This document shows positions 33,020 through 43,822 of a stretch of 64,000 bases of DNA, piece after piece. A program made the position numbers and the translations under genes. Numbering within the stretch: the stretch's first letter is position 1; every line of letters starts with the position of its first letter. Below the pieces are notes generated by a model that saw only the letters and a program-made list of their open reading frames with translations, had not been told where the DNA came from and made no database searches. The stretch is from an uncultured delta proteobacterium (lineage in GTDB: Bacteria; Myxococcota; Myxococcia; Myxococcales; Myxococcaceae). The stretch is from contig CAVYSY010000027.1 in the NCBI GenBank assembly GCA_963771175.1, positions 79,932-143,931 on the forward strand, read 5' to 3'.

Positions 33020-35136
33020 CGATGGACCGGGACAGGCTCGCCCAGACGCTGATGGCGACGTTCCTCGAGGAGCTCGAGGAGCACGTGGCCGCGCTCAACC
33101 GGGACCTGCTCGCCCTGGAGAAGGCCCCCTCCCCCGCGCGCTCCGACGAGCTGATGACCTCGCTGCTGCGCACGGTGCACAGCGTGAAGGGCGCCTCGCG
33201 CGCGGTGAGCGAGAGCATCATCGAGACGGCCTGCCACTGGTTGGAGGAGGTGCTGCTCGCGGTGCGGCGTGATGGGGGCACCCGCCCGGACTTGATGGAG
33301 CTGTGCTTCACCACCGCGGACGCGCTGGACGACGCGGGACGGCGACTGGCGCAGAAGCAGGACCTGACGGGCTCGCCGCTGGAGGCCCTGGTGCCCCGGC
33401 TGGCGGAGGCGGCACGCGCCCCCGAGCCGCGGGCCCCACGCGCGGAGCCCCCACGACCCCCGGAGCCCCCGGTGGAGGCGCCCGCGCCCGGCACGGAGGG
33501 GCTGCCCGTGCGCGTGTCCGCCCAGAAGCTGGACGCCCTGCTGACCCGCAGCGGCGAGCTTCGCGTAGCGGGCCTTCGGATGGAGGGACGCGCTGGAGGT
33601 GCTGGAGGCGATGCGCGAGGAATTGCACCAGCTCCGCCTCCGGCTGCGGGGCGCGGACGAGGTGACGGCACGGCGGCTGGAGACGCGGCTGGCGCAGCTC
33701 GGCCGGACGCTCGCCGCGGATCAGCGCACGCTGCTGCAGACCACGAGCGGCCTGGACGACGAGGTGCGGCGCGCGCGCACCCTGCCCTTCGCCGAGGCGT
33801 GCGCGGGGCTGGAGCGCAACGCCCGGGACCTGGCACGCGCGGCGGGCAAGCAGGTGCGGCTGGAGGTGCACGGCGGCACGCTGGAGCTGGACCGCTCGCT
33901 GCTGCAGGGCCTGCGCGAGCCGCTGCTGCACCTGGTGCGCAACGCGGTGGCGCACGGGGTGGAGACACCGGAGGCGCGGCGCGAGGCGGGCAAGCCCGAG
34001 GAGGGCCGGGTGACGCTGACGGCGCGGCTGCGCGGAGGCCGGGTGGAGGTGGTGGTGGAGGACGACGGGCGGGGGCTGGACCTCGGCGCCATCCGCGCGC
34101 GGGCGCGCGAGCGGGGCCTGCCGGTGCAGGAGGACACGGGGGACGCGCGCCACATCTTCCTGTCCGGCCTGTCCACGGCGGAGTCGGTGACGGAGGTGTC
34201 CGGCCGCGGGGTGGGGCTGGACGTGGTGCGCTCGCAGGTGGAGGCACTGCGGGGCAGCGTGGACGTGTTCTTCCAACCGGGCCAGGGCACGCGCTTCGTC
34301 CTGGGCGTGCCCCTCACGCTCAGCACGCTGCGGGTGCTGCTGGTGACGGCGGGCGGGCAGTTCTTCGCGGTGGCCGGGGAGAGCGTGGCGCGCCTGCTGC
34401 GCCTGGAGCCCGCGGACGTGCGGGTGGTGGAGGGCCAGCAGATGTGGGCCGCCCCCGGGCCCTGGTGCCGCTGACCTCACTGGCGACGGTGCTCGGCCTG
34501 CCCTCGGGGGCGCCGCGCCCGCGCCCCGGCGCCATGGTGCTGGCCTCGGGCGAGCTGCGCGCCGTGCTGGTGGTGGACGAGGTGGTGGCCGAGCAGGAGG
34601 TGCTCATCCGCGGCCTCGGCCCCCGCATCCGCCGCGCGCGCCACGTCTCGGGCATGGCGGTGCTGCCCGACGGGCGCATGGCCCCGCTGCTCAATGCCCA
34701 CTCGCTCGTGCGCGCCGCCGAGGGCCGCACCGCTCCCGTCGGCCTCTTCCCCACGCCCCTCGAGAAGAAGGCCCGCAAGCGCGTCCTGCTCGTCGACGAC
34801 TCGATGACCACCCGCACCCTGGAGCAGAGCATCCTCGAGGCGGCCGGCTATGACGTGCTGGCGTGCGTGGACGGGCAGGAGGCCTGGGAGCGGCTGCAGG
34901 CGGAGGGGGCCGACGCCGTCGTCTCGGACGTGGAGATGCCGCGCATGGATGGCTTCTCCCTCACCGAGGCGGTGCGAGGCTCGCCGCGCTTCGGCCGCCT
35001 GCCCGTGGTGCTCGTCACCGCGCGCTCCCGGCCCGAGGACAAGGCGCGCGGCCTCCAGGTGGGGGCCAGTGCCTACCTGGTGAAGAGCGCTTTCGACCAG
35101 ACCCACCTGCTGGAAACCCTGAGGCAGCTCCTATGA
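33016..35136 (+). CDS. cheA: Hybrid CheA-REC kinase (two frameshifts)
   Basis: Hpt [46 protein letters not shown]. Confidence 0.92.
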   Translation: MTMDRDRLAQTLMATFLEELEEHVAALNRDLLALEKAPSPARSDELMTSLLRTVHSVKGASRAVSESIIETACHWLEEVLLAVRRDGGTRPDLMELCFTTADALDDAGRRLAQKQDLTGSPLEALVPRLAEAARAPEPRAPRAEPPRPPEPPVEAPAPGTEGLPVRVSAQKLDALLTRSGELRVAGLRMEGRAGGAGGDARGIAPAPPPAAGRGRGDGTAAGDAAGAARPDARRGSAHAAADHERPGRRGAARAHPALRRGVRGAGAQRPGPGTRGGQAGAAGGARRHAGAGPLAAAGPARAAAAPGAQRGGARGGDTGGAARGGQARGGPGDADGAAARRPGGGGGGGRRAGAGPRRHPRAGARAGPAGAGGHGGRAPHLPVRPVHGGVGDGGVRPRGGAGRGALAGGGTAGQRGRVLPTGPGHALRPGRAPHAQHAAGAAGDGGRAVLRGGRGERGAPAAPGARGRAGGGGPADVGRPRALVPLTSLATVLGLPSGAPRPRPGAMVLASGELRAVLVVDEVVAEQEVLIRGLGPRIRRARHVSGMAVLPDGRMAPLLNAHSLVRAAEGRTAPVGLFPTPLEKKARKRVLLVDDSMTTRTLEQSILEAAGYDVLACVDGQEAWERLQAEGADAVVSDVEMPRMDGFSLTEAVRGSPRFGRLPVVLVTARSRPEDKARGLQVGASAYLVKSAFDQTHLLETLRQLL

Positions 35137-36191
35137 AGCCCGACAAGCTCCGTGTCCTCGTCGCCGAGGACTCCCCCACCGCCCGCCGCCTGCTGGTGGA
35201 AATCCTCCGGGCCGACCCCGCCTTCGAGGTGGTGGGCGAGGCCAGGGACGGCGTGGAGGCGCTGGAGCTCACGCGTCGCCTGCGGCCCCACCTCGTCACC
35301 ATGGACATCCAGATGCCGAACATGGATGGCCTGGAGGCCACCCGGCGCATCATGACGGAGGTGCCCACGCCCGTGGTGGTGGTGTCCACGCTGGTGGAGC
35401 ACGACATCCAGACGTCCATGGCCGCGCTGAAGGCCGGGGCGCTGGCGGTGCTGCAGAAGCTGGTGGGCCCGCACGCGCCGGACTTCGAGCTCGAGGCCCG
35501 TCGGCTGCGCGACACGGTGAAGGCCATGGCCGAGGTGAAGGTCATCCGCCACTGGCCCGCGCATGAGGCGGCCCCCGTGCCGCGGCCTCCCACGGTGCAG
35601 GCGCGCCGGGTACGACCGGGGGTGCTCGCCATCGCCGCCTCCACCGGCGGCCCCGCGGCGCTGCACCGCATCCTCTCGCAACTGCCCGCCTCCTTCCCGC
35701 TGCCCATCCTCGTGGTGCAGCACATCGCCCTGGGCTTCGCCACCGGACTGGCCTCGTGGCTGGACAGCGTGTGCCCCCTGGCGGTGAAGGTGGCCGAGGA
35801 CGGCGAGGCCCTGCGTCCGGGCATCGTCTACATCGCTCCGGATGACCGGCACCTCGGCGTGCGGGCGGACAGGCGCGTGGAGGTGTCGAATGCCGCCCCG
35901 GTGGGGGGCTTCCGGCCCTCGGGCACGTGGCTCTACCGCTCGGCCGCCCAGGTCTTCGGGGCCGCCACGGCCGCCGCCGTCCTCACGGGGATGGGACAGG
36001 ACGGGCTGGACGGTTTGCGGGAGGTACATGAAGCCGGGGGCCAGGTCCTGGCGCAGGACGAGGCCACCTCGGTCGTCTACGGGATGCCGGGCGTGGCGGT
36101 GGCGGCGGGCGTGGCCGACGAGGTGCTGGCCCTGGATGACTTTCCCCTACGCTTCCGTGAGCTCGCTGGCCTGAAGACCGGGGGAGCGTGA
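35133..36191 (+). CDS. cheB: CheB methylesterase
   Basis: REC domain plus ASTGGP, VQHI, LTGMGQDG, VYGMP. Confidence 0.95.
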   Translation: MKPDKLRVLVAEDSPTARRLLVEILRADPAFEVVGEARDGVEALELTRRLRPHLVTMDIQMPNMDGLEATRRIMTEVPTPVVVVSTLVEHDIQTSMAALKAGALAVLQKLVGPHAPDFELEARRLRDTVKAMAEVKVIRHWPAHEAAPVPRPPTVQARRVRPGVLAIAASTGGPAALHRILSQLPASFPLPILVVQHIALGFATGLASWLDSVCPLAVKVAEDGEALRPGIVYIAPDDRHLGVRADRRVEVSNAAPVGGFRPSGTWLYRSAAQVFGAATAAAVLTGMGQDGLDGLREVHEAGGQVLAQDEATSVVYGMPGVAVAAGVADEVLALDDFPLRFRELAGLKTGGA

Positions 36192-36225
36192 TGAGGAGTC
36201 CGTTCCCGTGCGTTGCGGCGTCAGC

Positions 36226-38322
36226 ATGATTTCTCCCGTGTCCGGATTCGAGCTGGCCTTCAAGGCCCTTCCAGAGCCCGCCTACCTCCTCGACGAGGCG
36301 GGCCGGGTGGTGGCTTGCAGCGCGGCGGGAGCACAGGTGTTGGGGCGGGTGCCCGAGCAGCTCATCGGCCAGCGATGGGCCGGGTTGGCCCTCGGAGCCG
36401 AGGAAGGCGCCCTGCTGGACTCCGGGCTGGCGGTGGCACTGAGCACGGGCGCGCCCCACACGGTGGAGGCCACCTGGCCGAGCGCGACCGGTCCCCGGGC
36501 CCACAGCTTCACCTTCACCCCTCTCTCCGAGGGCCCGCCACGGATGCTGGTGACGGCCCGCCCGCTCACCGAGGCGGAGACCGTCTACTCGCGAGCCCTC
36601 GCGCTGGAGCAGGCCTCCCGGGCCGAGGTGGAAGCGGCCGAGCGCCGCCAGTCCTTCCTCTATCAGGCGATGACGACGCTCTTCGCCCACCCGCCGGACC
36701 CGCAGGGCATGTACACGCTGCTGGCGCACCTGGCGGTGCCGGACCTGGCGGACTGGTGCCTGGTGGACGCGGTGGAGCCGGGCCCGTGGGTGTCGCGCGT
36801 GGCGGTGGCCCACCTGGACCCGACCCAGGGCGAGCAGGCCCGCGCGCTGCCCAGGCGCTTCGAGCGGCGCGAGGCCCCAGTGGGCGTGCTGCGGGTGCTG
36901 CACACGGGCGAGCCGGAGTTGGTGCCGGCGGTGACGGACTCGCTCTTGCGCGCCGCCGCCAGCGAGCCCGAGCACCCGGCGCTGCTCAGCCGGCTGCAGG
37001 CGCGCTCGTACATGATCATCCCGCTGAGGGCGCGGGGGCACACGCTGGGAGCGGTGACGTTCGTCTCGAGTGCCTCGGGGCGGCGCTACGGCCCCAGCGA
37101 CCTGGCACTGGCGGAGGACCTGTGCGTGCGGGCGAGCCTGGCCATCGACAACGCGCGGCTCTTCGGCGAGTCGCGGCGGGCCACGCGGGCGCGCGAGGAC
37201 CTGCTGGCGGTGGTGTCGCATGACCTGAAGAACCCCTTGGGGGTGGTGCAGCTCTCGTCGGCGCTGCTGCTGCGGGGCGCGCAGGGCAAACCGGGCGGCG
37301 AGCAGGTGGAGAAGCAGGCGGGCCGCATCCAGGCGGCGGCGGAGCGGATGGGCCGGCTCATCTCGGACCTGCTGGACTGGGGACGAATCGAAGCGGGCGG
37401 GCTGCCGCTGGAGCCGTCGGTGCAGTGTGTGAAGTCGCTGGTGACGGAGGCGCTGGAGAGCGTGCGCCCGCTGGCGGAGGCGCGAGGGCTGCGGGTGACG
37501 GCGGAGCTGCCACCCGAGGACGTGCGGGTGAAGTGCGACCGGACGCGGGTGCTGCAGGTGCTGGGCAACCTGCTGGGCAACGCGGTGAAGTTCACGCCGG
37601 ACGGTGGGCAGCTCACGGTGGGCGCACGGGTGAACCAGGGCGAGGTTCAGCTCTGGGTGAGGGACACGGGCACGGGCATCCGGCCCGAGGCGCTGCCGCA
37701 CGTCTTCGAGCGCTACTGGCAGGCGAAGGAAGCGGAGAGCCGGGGCACGGGCCTGGGGCTGTACATCGCGAAGGGGATTGTCGAGTCGCACGGGGGCCGC
37801 ATCTGGGCGGAGAGCGAGCTCGGCCAGGGCAGCACCTTCACCTTCACGCTGTCGGTGGTGGCCATGGGCGCCTCGTGCCTACAGCCCGACGGGCTCGGGG
37901 TGAAGGGAGCGCACGAGGACGAAGGAGCCGGTGGGCCCGAGTGGAATGACGTATGTCTCGTGCTCCACCTCGACGAAGGAGCCGGTGGCGGCCTCGGGCT
38001 GGACCTCCAACCACCCCAGGGCCTCGGCCATGGAGGGGAAGGCGCGGACGGGGGAGGACGCGGGCGGGCGGGCCTCGAGCCAGTCGCGGAAGTCGTCGAG
38101 CTCCTCGCGGGAGTGGAGGAAGAGGAGGGCGCGGGCCGCGAGCGCGATGGCGGCGTACTCCTCCGACTCGGGCGCATGAGCGCGAGCCGCCGAGGAGAGC
38201 GCCCGCAGCGTCTGCTCCAGACCGGGATGGGAAGAGGACTCGTTCATCCCGTATCAATGTGCTCGGGTGAGGAGTGGCGACAAGCCCCGGGCGACGGAAG
38301 CGCACGGTTCCCGAAAGTGTGA
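36226..38322 (+). CDS. PAS-GAF histidine kinase (SocD-like); kinase ends near 37860 and the ORF reads on antisense to the next gene
   Basis: SHDLKNPL, NLLGNAVKFT, DTGTG, GTGLGLYI; sits after cheB as in the M. xanthus Che6 operon. Confidence 0.85.
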   Translation: MISPVSGFELAFKALPEPAYLLDEAGRVVACSAAGAQVLGRVPEQLIGQRWAGLALGAEEGALLDSGLAVALSTGAPHTVEATWPSATGPRAHSFTFTPLSEGPPRMLVTARPLTEAETVYSRALALEQASRAEVEAAERRQSFLYQAMTTLFAHPPDPQGMYTLLAHLAVPDLADWCLVDAVEPGPWVSRVAVAHLDPTQGEQARALPRRFERREAPVGVLRVLHTGEPELVPAVTDSLLRAAASEPEHPALLSRLQARSYMIIPLRARGHTLGAVTFVSSASGRRYGPSDLALAEDLCVRASLAIDNARLFGESRRATRAREDLLAVVSHDLKNPLGVVQLSSALLLRGAQGKPGGEQVEKQAGRIQAAAERMGRLISDLLDWGRIEAGGLPLEPSVQCVKSLVTEALESVRPLAEARGLRVTAELPPEDVRVKCDRTRVLQVLGNLLGNAVKFTPDGGQLTVGARVNQGEVQLWVRDTGTGIRPEALPHVFERYWQAKEAESRGTGLGLYIAKGIVESHGGRIWAESELGQGSTFTFTLSVVAMGASCLQPDGLGVKGAHEDEGAGGPEWNDVCLVLHLDEGAGGGLGLDLQPPQGLGHGGEGADGGGRGRAGLEPVAEVVELLAGVEEEEGAGRERDGGVLLRLGRMSASRRGERPQRLLQTGMGRGLVHPVSMCSGEEWRQAPGDGSARFPKV
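37879..38247 (-). CDS. Hypothetical protein
   Basis: 122-aa ORF with coding-like composition. Confidence 0.55.
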   Translation of the reverse strand: MNESSSHPGLEQTLRALSSAARAHAPESEEYAAIALAARALLFLHSREELDDFRDWLEARPPASSPVRAFPSMAEALGWLEVQPEAATGSFVEVEHETYVIPLGPTGSFVLVRSLHPEPVGL

Positions 38323-38527
38323 GCCGGGAAGCATTTCCCACCCGGCATCTTCCAGCCCTCGGGGGTAGCGGGGAGGCGCTCCTCGGGCACGTTCCGCTCC
38401 GGGCGGGAGCCCGACACTCCGGCGCGAGCGGAGCGGCCCCCTTGTCTCGAGGAACATGCCCTCCCAGGTTTGAAGCACCCCCACTCCTGCCCGCATGCCC
38501 CTTTCCGCCCGTCCAGGAGGAAGTGCC

Positions 38528-40312
38528 ATGGCCACGGGAACACAAGTCATCACCGCACCAGCGCCAGCCCCGACGCGCCCCCGGCGTCCGAAGGGCCGGC
38601 GGATGGTGAGCTGGTTCGATCCGCTCGTCCTCGCCCAGGCGGGCGTGCGCTCTCTCATCTCGACCACCATTGGAGCGCAGGCGGATCGCCGGCTGCTCGA
38701 CGCACTGGCGACCCCGAATGTGGAGCCCAGCGACTTCTCGGTCGACGCGGCGGGCCGGCCCCGGGAGGAGCTCTGGCTCGACTACGTGGCGGACCTGGGA
38801 GACGGCTGGGACTCCACGTACGCGGTGGCCACGGCCGTGTCGCGGCCCACGCTGACGCTGCGGGACGAGACGGGGACGGACTACGAGACCCGCGGCGGCG
38901 AGCTGCTCGTCTTTGGCGGGGACGAGGTGTACCCCGAGGCGAGCGTGAAGGAGTACGAGGAGCGCACCTTCCGGCCCTGGGCCGCGGCGAGGAAGAACCA
39001 GAGGCCGCCGCCGCACGTGTTCGCCATCCCGGGCAACCACGACTGGTATGACGGGCTCGTCTCCTTCATGCGCCTGTTCTGTCAGGGACGACGCCCCGCG
39101 GGCTGGGAACTGCACCAGCGGCGCAGCTACTTCGCCGTGAAGCTACCGCACGGCTGGTGGCTCATCGGCACGGACATGCAGCTCGAGTCGGACCTCGACG
39201 AGCCGCAGGTCCGCTACTTCCAGGAGGTCGCGAAGCTGATGCGGGAGAATGACCGCATCATCCTGGGCCTCGCGGAGCCCGCATGGCTGATGGCGCAGGT
39301 GCGCCCGCCGGGAGACCGCGACTATCTGGAGAACAACCTCGACTTCCTCCAGGAGCGGGTGTTCGGGAGGAAGGTGAGCGTGTTCCTCACGGGGGACATC
39401 CACCACTACCGGCGGCACGCCGACGCGGAGGGGCGGCAGAAGATCATCGCGGGGGGAGGCGGCGCCTTCCTGCACCCGACGCACCTGCCGAAGAAGGAGA
39501 AAGCGCTGGCCGATGGCTTCACCGCGCGCGCGACGTACCCGAAGCCCGAGGAGTCGCGGCGGCTGAACTGGCGGAACCTCGGTTTCGTGGGACACACCCC
39601 GCGCTTCGGAATCTTCACGGGCATCCTCTACCTGCTGCTGGCCTGGATGCAGGTGGAGGACCTGCGCGAGGGCACCACGGTGACGTGGAAGCTGTCGCGC
39701 GTGCTGGACGCGGCGCTCATCAACCCGGGGGTGGTGCTGCTCTCGGTGCTGCTCGTGTTGGGATTGATTGGCTTCGCGGACGCTCGCTTCGGGAAGGGGC
39801 GCTGGGTGGCGGGAGTGCTGCATGGGTGCGCGCACCTGGCCGCATCGCTCTTCGTCTTCTGGAGCGCGTTCGCCATCACCGGCGCCCTGCTCCCGCTCGG
39901 GAGCGTCCCGCAGGAGCTGCTCGGGGCCGTGCTCGTCTTCCTCGGGGGCTTCCTGGTGGGGCCGACGCTCCTGGGCCTCTACCTGCTCATCTCGCTCAAC
40001 GGCTTCGCCGCACACCCGAATGAGGCGTTCTCCGCGCTGGCCATCCCGGACTGGAAGAACTTCCTGCGGCTGCGGATCGACCGGGACGGAGAGCTGTGGA
40101 TCTACCCCGTCGGCATCCGACGGGTGCCTCGGGCGTGGAAGCCCGGAGAGACGGCGCGTGAGCCCGAATGGGTGCCCGACGACAAGGACGCCACACCTCC
40201 GATGCTCATCGAGCCACCCATCGTCATCGGAGCGGCGAGGCCCGTCGCCCCCCGAGTGGCGGGACGCGCCTCCCCGGAGTACGCGGGACCCGCTCCGTCA
40301 ACGCTCGTCTGA
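38528..40312 (+). CDS. Membrane-associated calcineurin-like metallophosphoesterase
   Basis: ADLGDG, GGDEVYP, PGNHDWYD, GDIHHY; C-terminal TM helices. Confidence 0.88.
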   Translation: MATGTQVITAPAPAPTRPRRPKGRRMVSWFDPLVLAQAGVRSLISTTIGAQADRRLLDALATPNVEPSDFSVDAAGRPREELWLDYVADLGDGWDSTYAVATAVSRPTLTLRDETGTDYETRGGELLVFGGDEVYPEASVKEYEERTFRPWAAARKNQRPPPHVFAIPGNHDWYDGLVSFMRLFCQGRRPAGWELHQRRSYFAVKLPHGWWLIGTDMQLESDLDEPQVRYFQEVAKLMRENDRIILGLAEPAWLMAQVRPPGDRDYLENNLDFLQERVFGRKVSVFLTGDIHHYRRHADAEGRQKIIAGGGGAFLHPTHLPKKEKALADGFTARATYPKPEESRRLNWRNLGFVGHTPRFGIFTGILYLLLAWMQVEDLREGTTVTWKLSRVLDAALINPGVVLLSVLLVLGLIGFADARFGKGRWVAGVLHGCAHLAASLFVFWSAFAITGALLPLGSVPQELLGAVLVFLGGFLVGPTLLGLYLLISLNGFAAHPNEAFSALAIPDWKNFLRLRIDRDGELWIYPVGIRRVPRAWKPGETAREPEWVPDDKDATPPMLIEPPIVIGAARPVAPRVAGRASPEYAGPAPSTLV

Positions 40313-40852
40313 CGGAAGGAGCCCGGCTCGGGCCGCCTTCTCCCTCGCATCCTCCACGACGTTCAGGATGCGAGGGGACTCCGGGAAGACCCGCTCCGCC
40401 AACTCTCCGAGCTGCAGGGCCTTCTCCAGCGTGTCCTTCTTACGCTCCATGACCCAGAAGTCGATGAGCCCGGCCCATGAGTTCTCAAGGGCATGCAAGG
40501 CACTCGACACGCTCTCCTCGAAGAACTTCTCCGCCTGATCGGGTGAATCGAGGAAGACATCGGTGAAATGGGCAAGCTCCAGCAGCGCCGGAGCACTCCG
40601 GCCCGAGGCTAGGACGGCCTGTTCGAGGAGCCACTGGATCTCCGCGAACGACTCCTCCGTACCCACCTCGGGCTCATCGGTCAGCCGCAACAGCCGCGCG
40701 AGTTCCAGCAGGTTGGGCGTGAACGCGGGGCAATCCCGGGCCAGCGTCCGAAGCTGCTGGAGCTGCTCCGGGCTCGCTTCAGTGGTCGAGCCAGCCGCCC
40801 GGGCCGCCGCTCGCATCCTGGCCATCATCTCTTCGAGACTGGGATGTGCCAT
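40298..40852 (-). CDS. Hypothetical helical (TPR-like) protein
   Basis: GGAG RBS; MAHPSLEEMMAR...CPAFTPNLLEL. Confidence 0.65.
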   Translation of the reverse strand: MAHPSLEEMMARMRAAARAAGSTTEASPEQLQQLRTLARDCPAFTPNLLELARLLRLTDEPEVGTEESFAEIQWLLEQAVLASGRSAPALLELAHFTDVFLDSPDQAEKFFEESVSSALHALENSWAGLIDFWVMERKKDTLEKALQLGELAERVFPESPRILNVVEDAREKAARAGLLPSDER

Positions 40853-40952
40853 CGGCTCTCCAAGCCCTCCGAAGGAAATCCTTTCAGGGTGACGCGCAGC
40901 GTCCACACATCATCCGCCTCGTGGGTCTCGACCTCCTGGCCGCGCGATGCGC

Positions 40953-40979
40953 AAACCTGTCCGACAGTCGGACAGGTTT
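40953..40979. repeat. REP-like palindrome, inverted copy of 17970-17996
   Basis: AAACCTGTCCGAC-a-GTCGGACAGGTTT. Confidence 0.8.
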
Positions 40980-41117
40980 CTCAAAAGCGCGCCCGGGGGT
41001 CTCCCGCCGTCTTCCGTCGCCCCTCTCCCAGAGGTAAGCGGGGACGCACCCGGAGCGAAAACCCGTGGACTCCCGGGTTTCGAGAGCCCCGGCCGGCCGG
41101 CTATGGTGTGGCCTGCC

Positions 41118-41795
41118 ATGCGTCCCCTTCTGTTGGTCCTCCTCGTGCTCGCCGTGGCTCCGCCCGTGCGTGCCCAAGTGCACGGCGGCGACTCCCCGCC
41201 CGCCGCCTCGCCGACGCGCGCCTTGCCCGGCTCGGAGCTGCACGTCGACCTCGGCGCCCTCTCCGGCGGCTTCACGCACGGTGGGGGCTCATGGATGGAC
41301 CCCTTCGCCGCCCAGGCGGCCTCGGGTCACCTCCTCCTCGGCGGCCTCACCCTCGATGGCGGGCTCCTCTCCCTCCTGCCGCTCCAGCGCGGCGCCGCCG
41401 GTGCCAGCCTCACCCTCACCGCCCGCGTCGGCTACACCGGCGAGCGCTGGAGCCTCGTCGGCGGCCCCGTGCTCGGCATCGCGTACTCCGCGCGGCCCGT
41501 CCTCCAGGTGCTGCCCTCGCTGAAGGCCCTCTACCGCGTGGGCCCCGTGGACCTGCACGCCGGCCTGCTCGACCTGCACGGCCTCGTCCCCGCCCACCTC
41601 GGCGCCTCGTGGCGCGGCGTGGGCCTCGCCTACGTGCTGCCCCTCGGCGCCCGCGCTTGGGTCAGCCTCCCCCTCTCCTCCGCCCTGAGCCTCCGCGTCG
41701 AGGGCTTCGCCTTCCGCCTCGGCACCGCCCAGTCCGCGATGCTCACCGTGGGCATCTCCGCCCGCCCGTCCTCCCTCGCTGGAGCCCAGCCATGA
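41118..41795 (+). CDS. Secreted/outer-membrane hypothetical protein
   Basis: Signal peptide ending VRA; amphipathic beta-strand pattern; stop overlaps the next ATG. Confidence 0.65.
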   Translation: MRPLLLVLLVLAVAPPVRAQVHGGDSPPAASPTRALPGSELHVDLGALSGGFTHGGGSWMDPFAAQAASGHLLLGGLTLDGGLLSLLPLQRGAAGASLTLTARVGYTGERWSLVGGPVLGIAYSARPVLQVLPSLKALYRVGPVDLHAGLLDLHGLVPAHLGASWRGVGLAYVLPLGARAWVSLPLSSALSLRVEGFAFRLGTAQSAMLTVGISARPSSLAGAQP

Positions 41796-43201
41796 GCCGC
41801 CCTCGTCCTCGGCCTCGGCCTCGCCCTCCTCGCCGGATGCGGCGAGCAACGCCCCTCCTTCGAGCCGGAGAAGGTGAGCGCCGCCCCATCGGCAAGGGAC
41901 TGCCCCACGGCTTCCTCCTGGGCACCTCCACCGCCAGCCATCAAATCGAGGGCGGCAACGAGAACGACTGGGCCGGGTGGGAGCGCGCCAGCTTCCCGGA
42001 CGGCACGCCCCACATCCACGACCGGAGCGTGTCCGGCCCGGCCACGGACTCGTGGAACCGCTTCGACGAGGACGTGAAGCTGATGAAGCGCCTGGGCTCC
42101 AACGCCTACCGCTTCAGCGTGGAGTGGAGCCGGCTGGAGCCCACCCCCGGCGCGTGGAACACCGAGGCCGCGGCGCGCTACCGCCAGTGGGCCCAGGCCC
42201 TGCGCGCACAGGGGATTGAACCCGTGGTGACGCTCTACCACTTCACCCTCCCCACCTGGGTGGCCGAGTCCGGCGGCTGGGAGAACCCCGCCACCCTGGA
42301 CGCCTTCGAGCGCTTCTCGGGCCAGGTGGCCGAGCTGCTCGGGGGCGAGGTGGACTGGTGGTGCACCATCAACGAGCCCAACGTGCTCGCGGTGTTCGGC
42401 TACATGGACGGCCTCTGGCCGCCGGGCAAGAAGGACACCAAGGCCATGGCCACCGTGCTGGCCAACCTCCTCGAGGCCCACGCCCGCGCCGCGCGCCAGT
42501 TGCGCACCCATGACCTGATGGACGCGGATGGGGACGGCAAGGCCACCCTCGTGGGGCTCGCCCACCATGTGCGCGTCTTCCAGCCCGCCAGCGGCTCCAC
42601 CACCGACATCGCCGTGGCCGGCCTCACCGACGAGTTCTTCAACGAGAGCGTCCCCAACGCCCTGGCCACCGGCCGCATCTCGCTCTCCGTGCCCGGCTCG
42701 GTGTCCCTGCGGCGCGAGGTGCCCGACCTGAAGGGCTCCATCGACTACTTCGGCCTCAACTACTACACGCGCGACCACGTCCGGCAGGACGCCTCCCCGT
42801 CCTTCTCCCACAAGTACGTACCCGCGGAGTACGACACCAACGACCTGGGCTGGGAGCTCTACCCCGAGGGCCTCTACCTCTTCCTCAAGCGCTACGCGGC
42901 CTTCGGCCTGCCGCTCGTCGTCACGGAGAACGGCATGGATGACCGGAGCGGCGAGCGCCGTCCCTACTACCTGCGCAGCCACCTGTACGCGGTGGAGCAG
43001 GCGGTGGCGGCGGGCGCGGACGTGCGCGGCTACTTCCACTGGAGCCTGCTCGACAACTTCGAGTGGGCCGAGGGCTACGAGCCCCGCTTCGGCCTCTTCC
43101 GGGTGGACCGGAGCAGCCCGGAGCTGGTGCGGCAGGAGACACCGGCGGTGGAAACCTTCCGCGAGGCCGCGCGCAACCTGGGGCTGACGCCCACTCCCTG
43201 A
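41792..43201 (+). CDS. Glycoside hydrolase family 1 (beta-glucosidase), probable lipoprotein
   Basis: TASHQIEG, YRFSVEWSR, TINEP, VTENG, WSLLDNFEW; alternative frame near the start gives LALLAGC. Confidence 0.92.
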   Translation: MSRPRPRPRPRPPRRMRRATPLLRAGEGERRPIGKGLPHGFLLGTSTASHQIEGGNENDWAGWERASFPDGTPHIHDRSVSGPATDSWNRFDEDVKLMKRLGSNAYRFSVEWSRLEPTPGAWNTEAAARYRQWAQALRAQGIEPVVTLYHFTLPTWVAESGGWENPATLDAFERFSGQVAELLGGEVDWWCTINEPNVLAVFGYMDGLWPPGKKDTKAMATVLANLLEAHARAARQLRTHDLMDADGDGKATLVGLAHHVRVFQPASGSTTDIAVAGLTDEFFNESVPNALATGRISLSVPGSVSLRREVPDLKGSIDYFGLNYYTRDHVRQDASPSFSHKYVPAEYDTNDLGWELYPEGLYLFLKRYAAFGLPLVVTENGMDDRSGERRPYYLRSHLYAVEQAVAAGADVRGYFHWSLLDNFEWAEGYEPRFGLFRVDRSSPELVRQETPAVETFREAARNLGLTPTP

Positions 43202-43252
43202 TGGACGAGGGAGCGAAATTCCCAGAAAGTAAAGGCACAGAGGAGCGACACC

Positions 43253-43744
43253 ATGGGTGTGATCCAGTTCATCGATACGTTCCGCGAGCTCCACGCCAAA
43301 TCGAAACAGGGGCGCATGGACGAATCCGAGCGACCGGCCTACCTGGCGGCGCGAGAGCAGTTCGCGCGGGCACTGCTCAATGCGCAGGGCCTGATGCTCG
43401 ACGGCGCCGAGGCGCGCAAGCACTACCGGGTGGCCCACCAGCTCCAGGTGGAGCTGCAGATGGCCTATGGCAACGTGTGGACCAACACGATGGACATCTC
43501 GGCGGGAGGCTTCTCGGTGATGCTGCCGCACGCGGTGGACCCGAGGGAGCGGCCCAGCGCGCTGCTGCAGCTTCCGGATGGCACGGCGCTGGCGGGCCGG
43601 GTGCGGGTGGTGTCGCAGTTCCAGCGGGCCGACAAGCACCGCGCCTCGTTCGCCTTCCTGGACCTCACCGAGCGCGAGTCCGAGATGCTGGAGGGTTTCC
43701 TCATCGACTTCGCGCTCGAGCGCGTGGGCATCACCCCTCCGTGA
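43253..43744 (+). CDS. PilZ-domain protein
   Basis: RKHYR and DISAGG c-di-GMP motifs. Confidence 0.85.
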   Translation: MGVIQFIDTFRELHAKSKQGRMDESERPAYLAAREQFARALLNAQGLMLDGAEARKHYRVAHQLQVELQMAYGNVWTNTMDISAGGFSVMLPHAVDPRERPSALLQLPDGTALAGRVRVVSQFQRADKHRASFAFLDLTERESEMLEGFLIDFALERVGITPP

Positions 43745-43822
43745 GGAGCGGAGTCCCCGGCTGTCCGTGGACAGCGCCGGGGAGCAAGACCCCCTGACTT
43801 GGGGCAGCACAGGTAGGAGGTC

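Noticed and set aside
30757..35136. 1459-aa ORF as a giant CheA fusion
   Set aside because: Shadow frame over cheW and mcp, joined to cheA pieces by frameshifts
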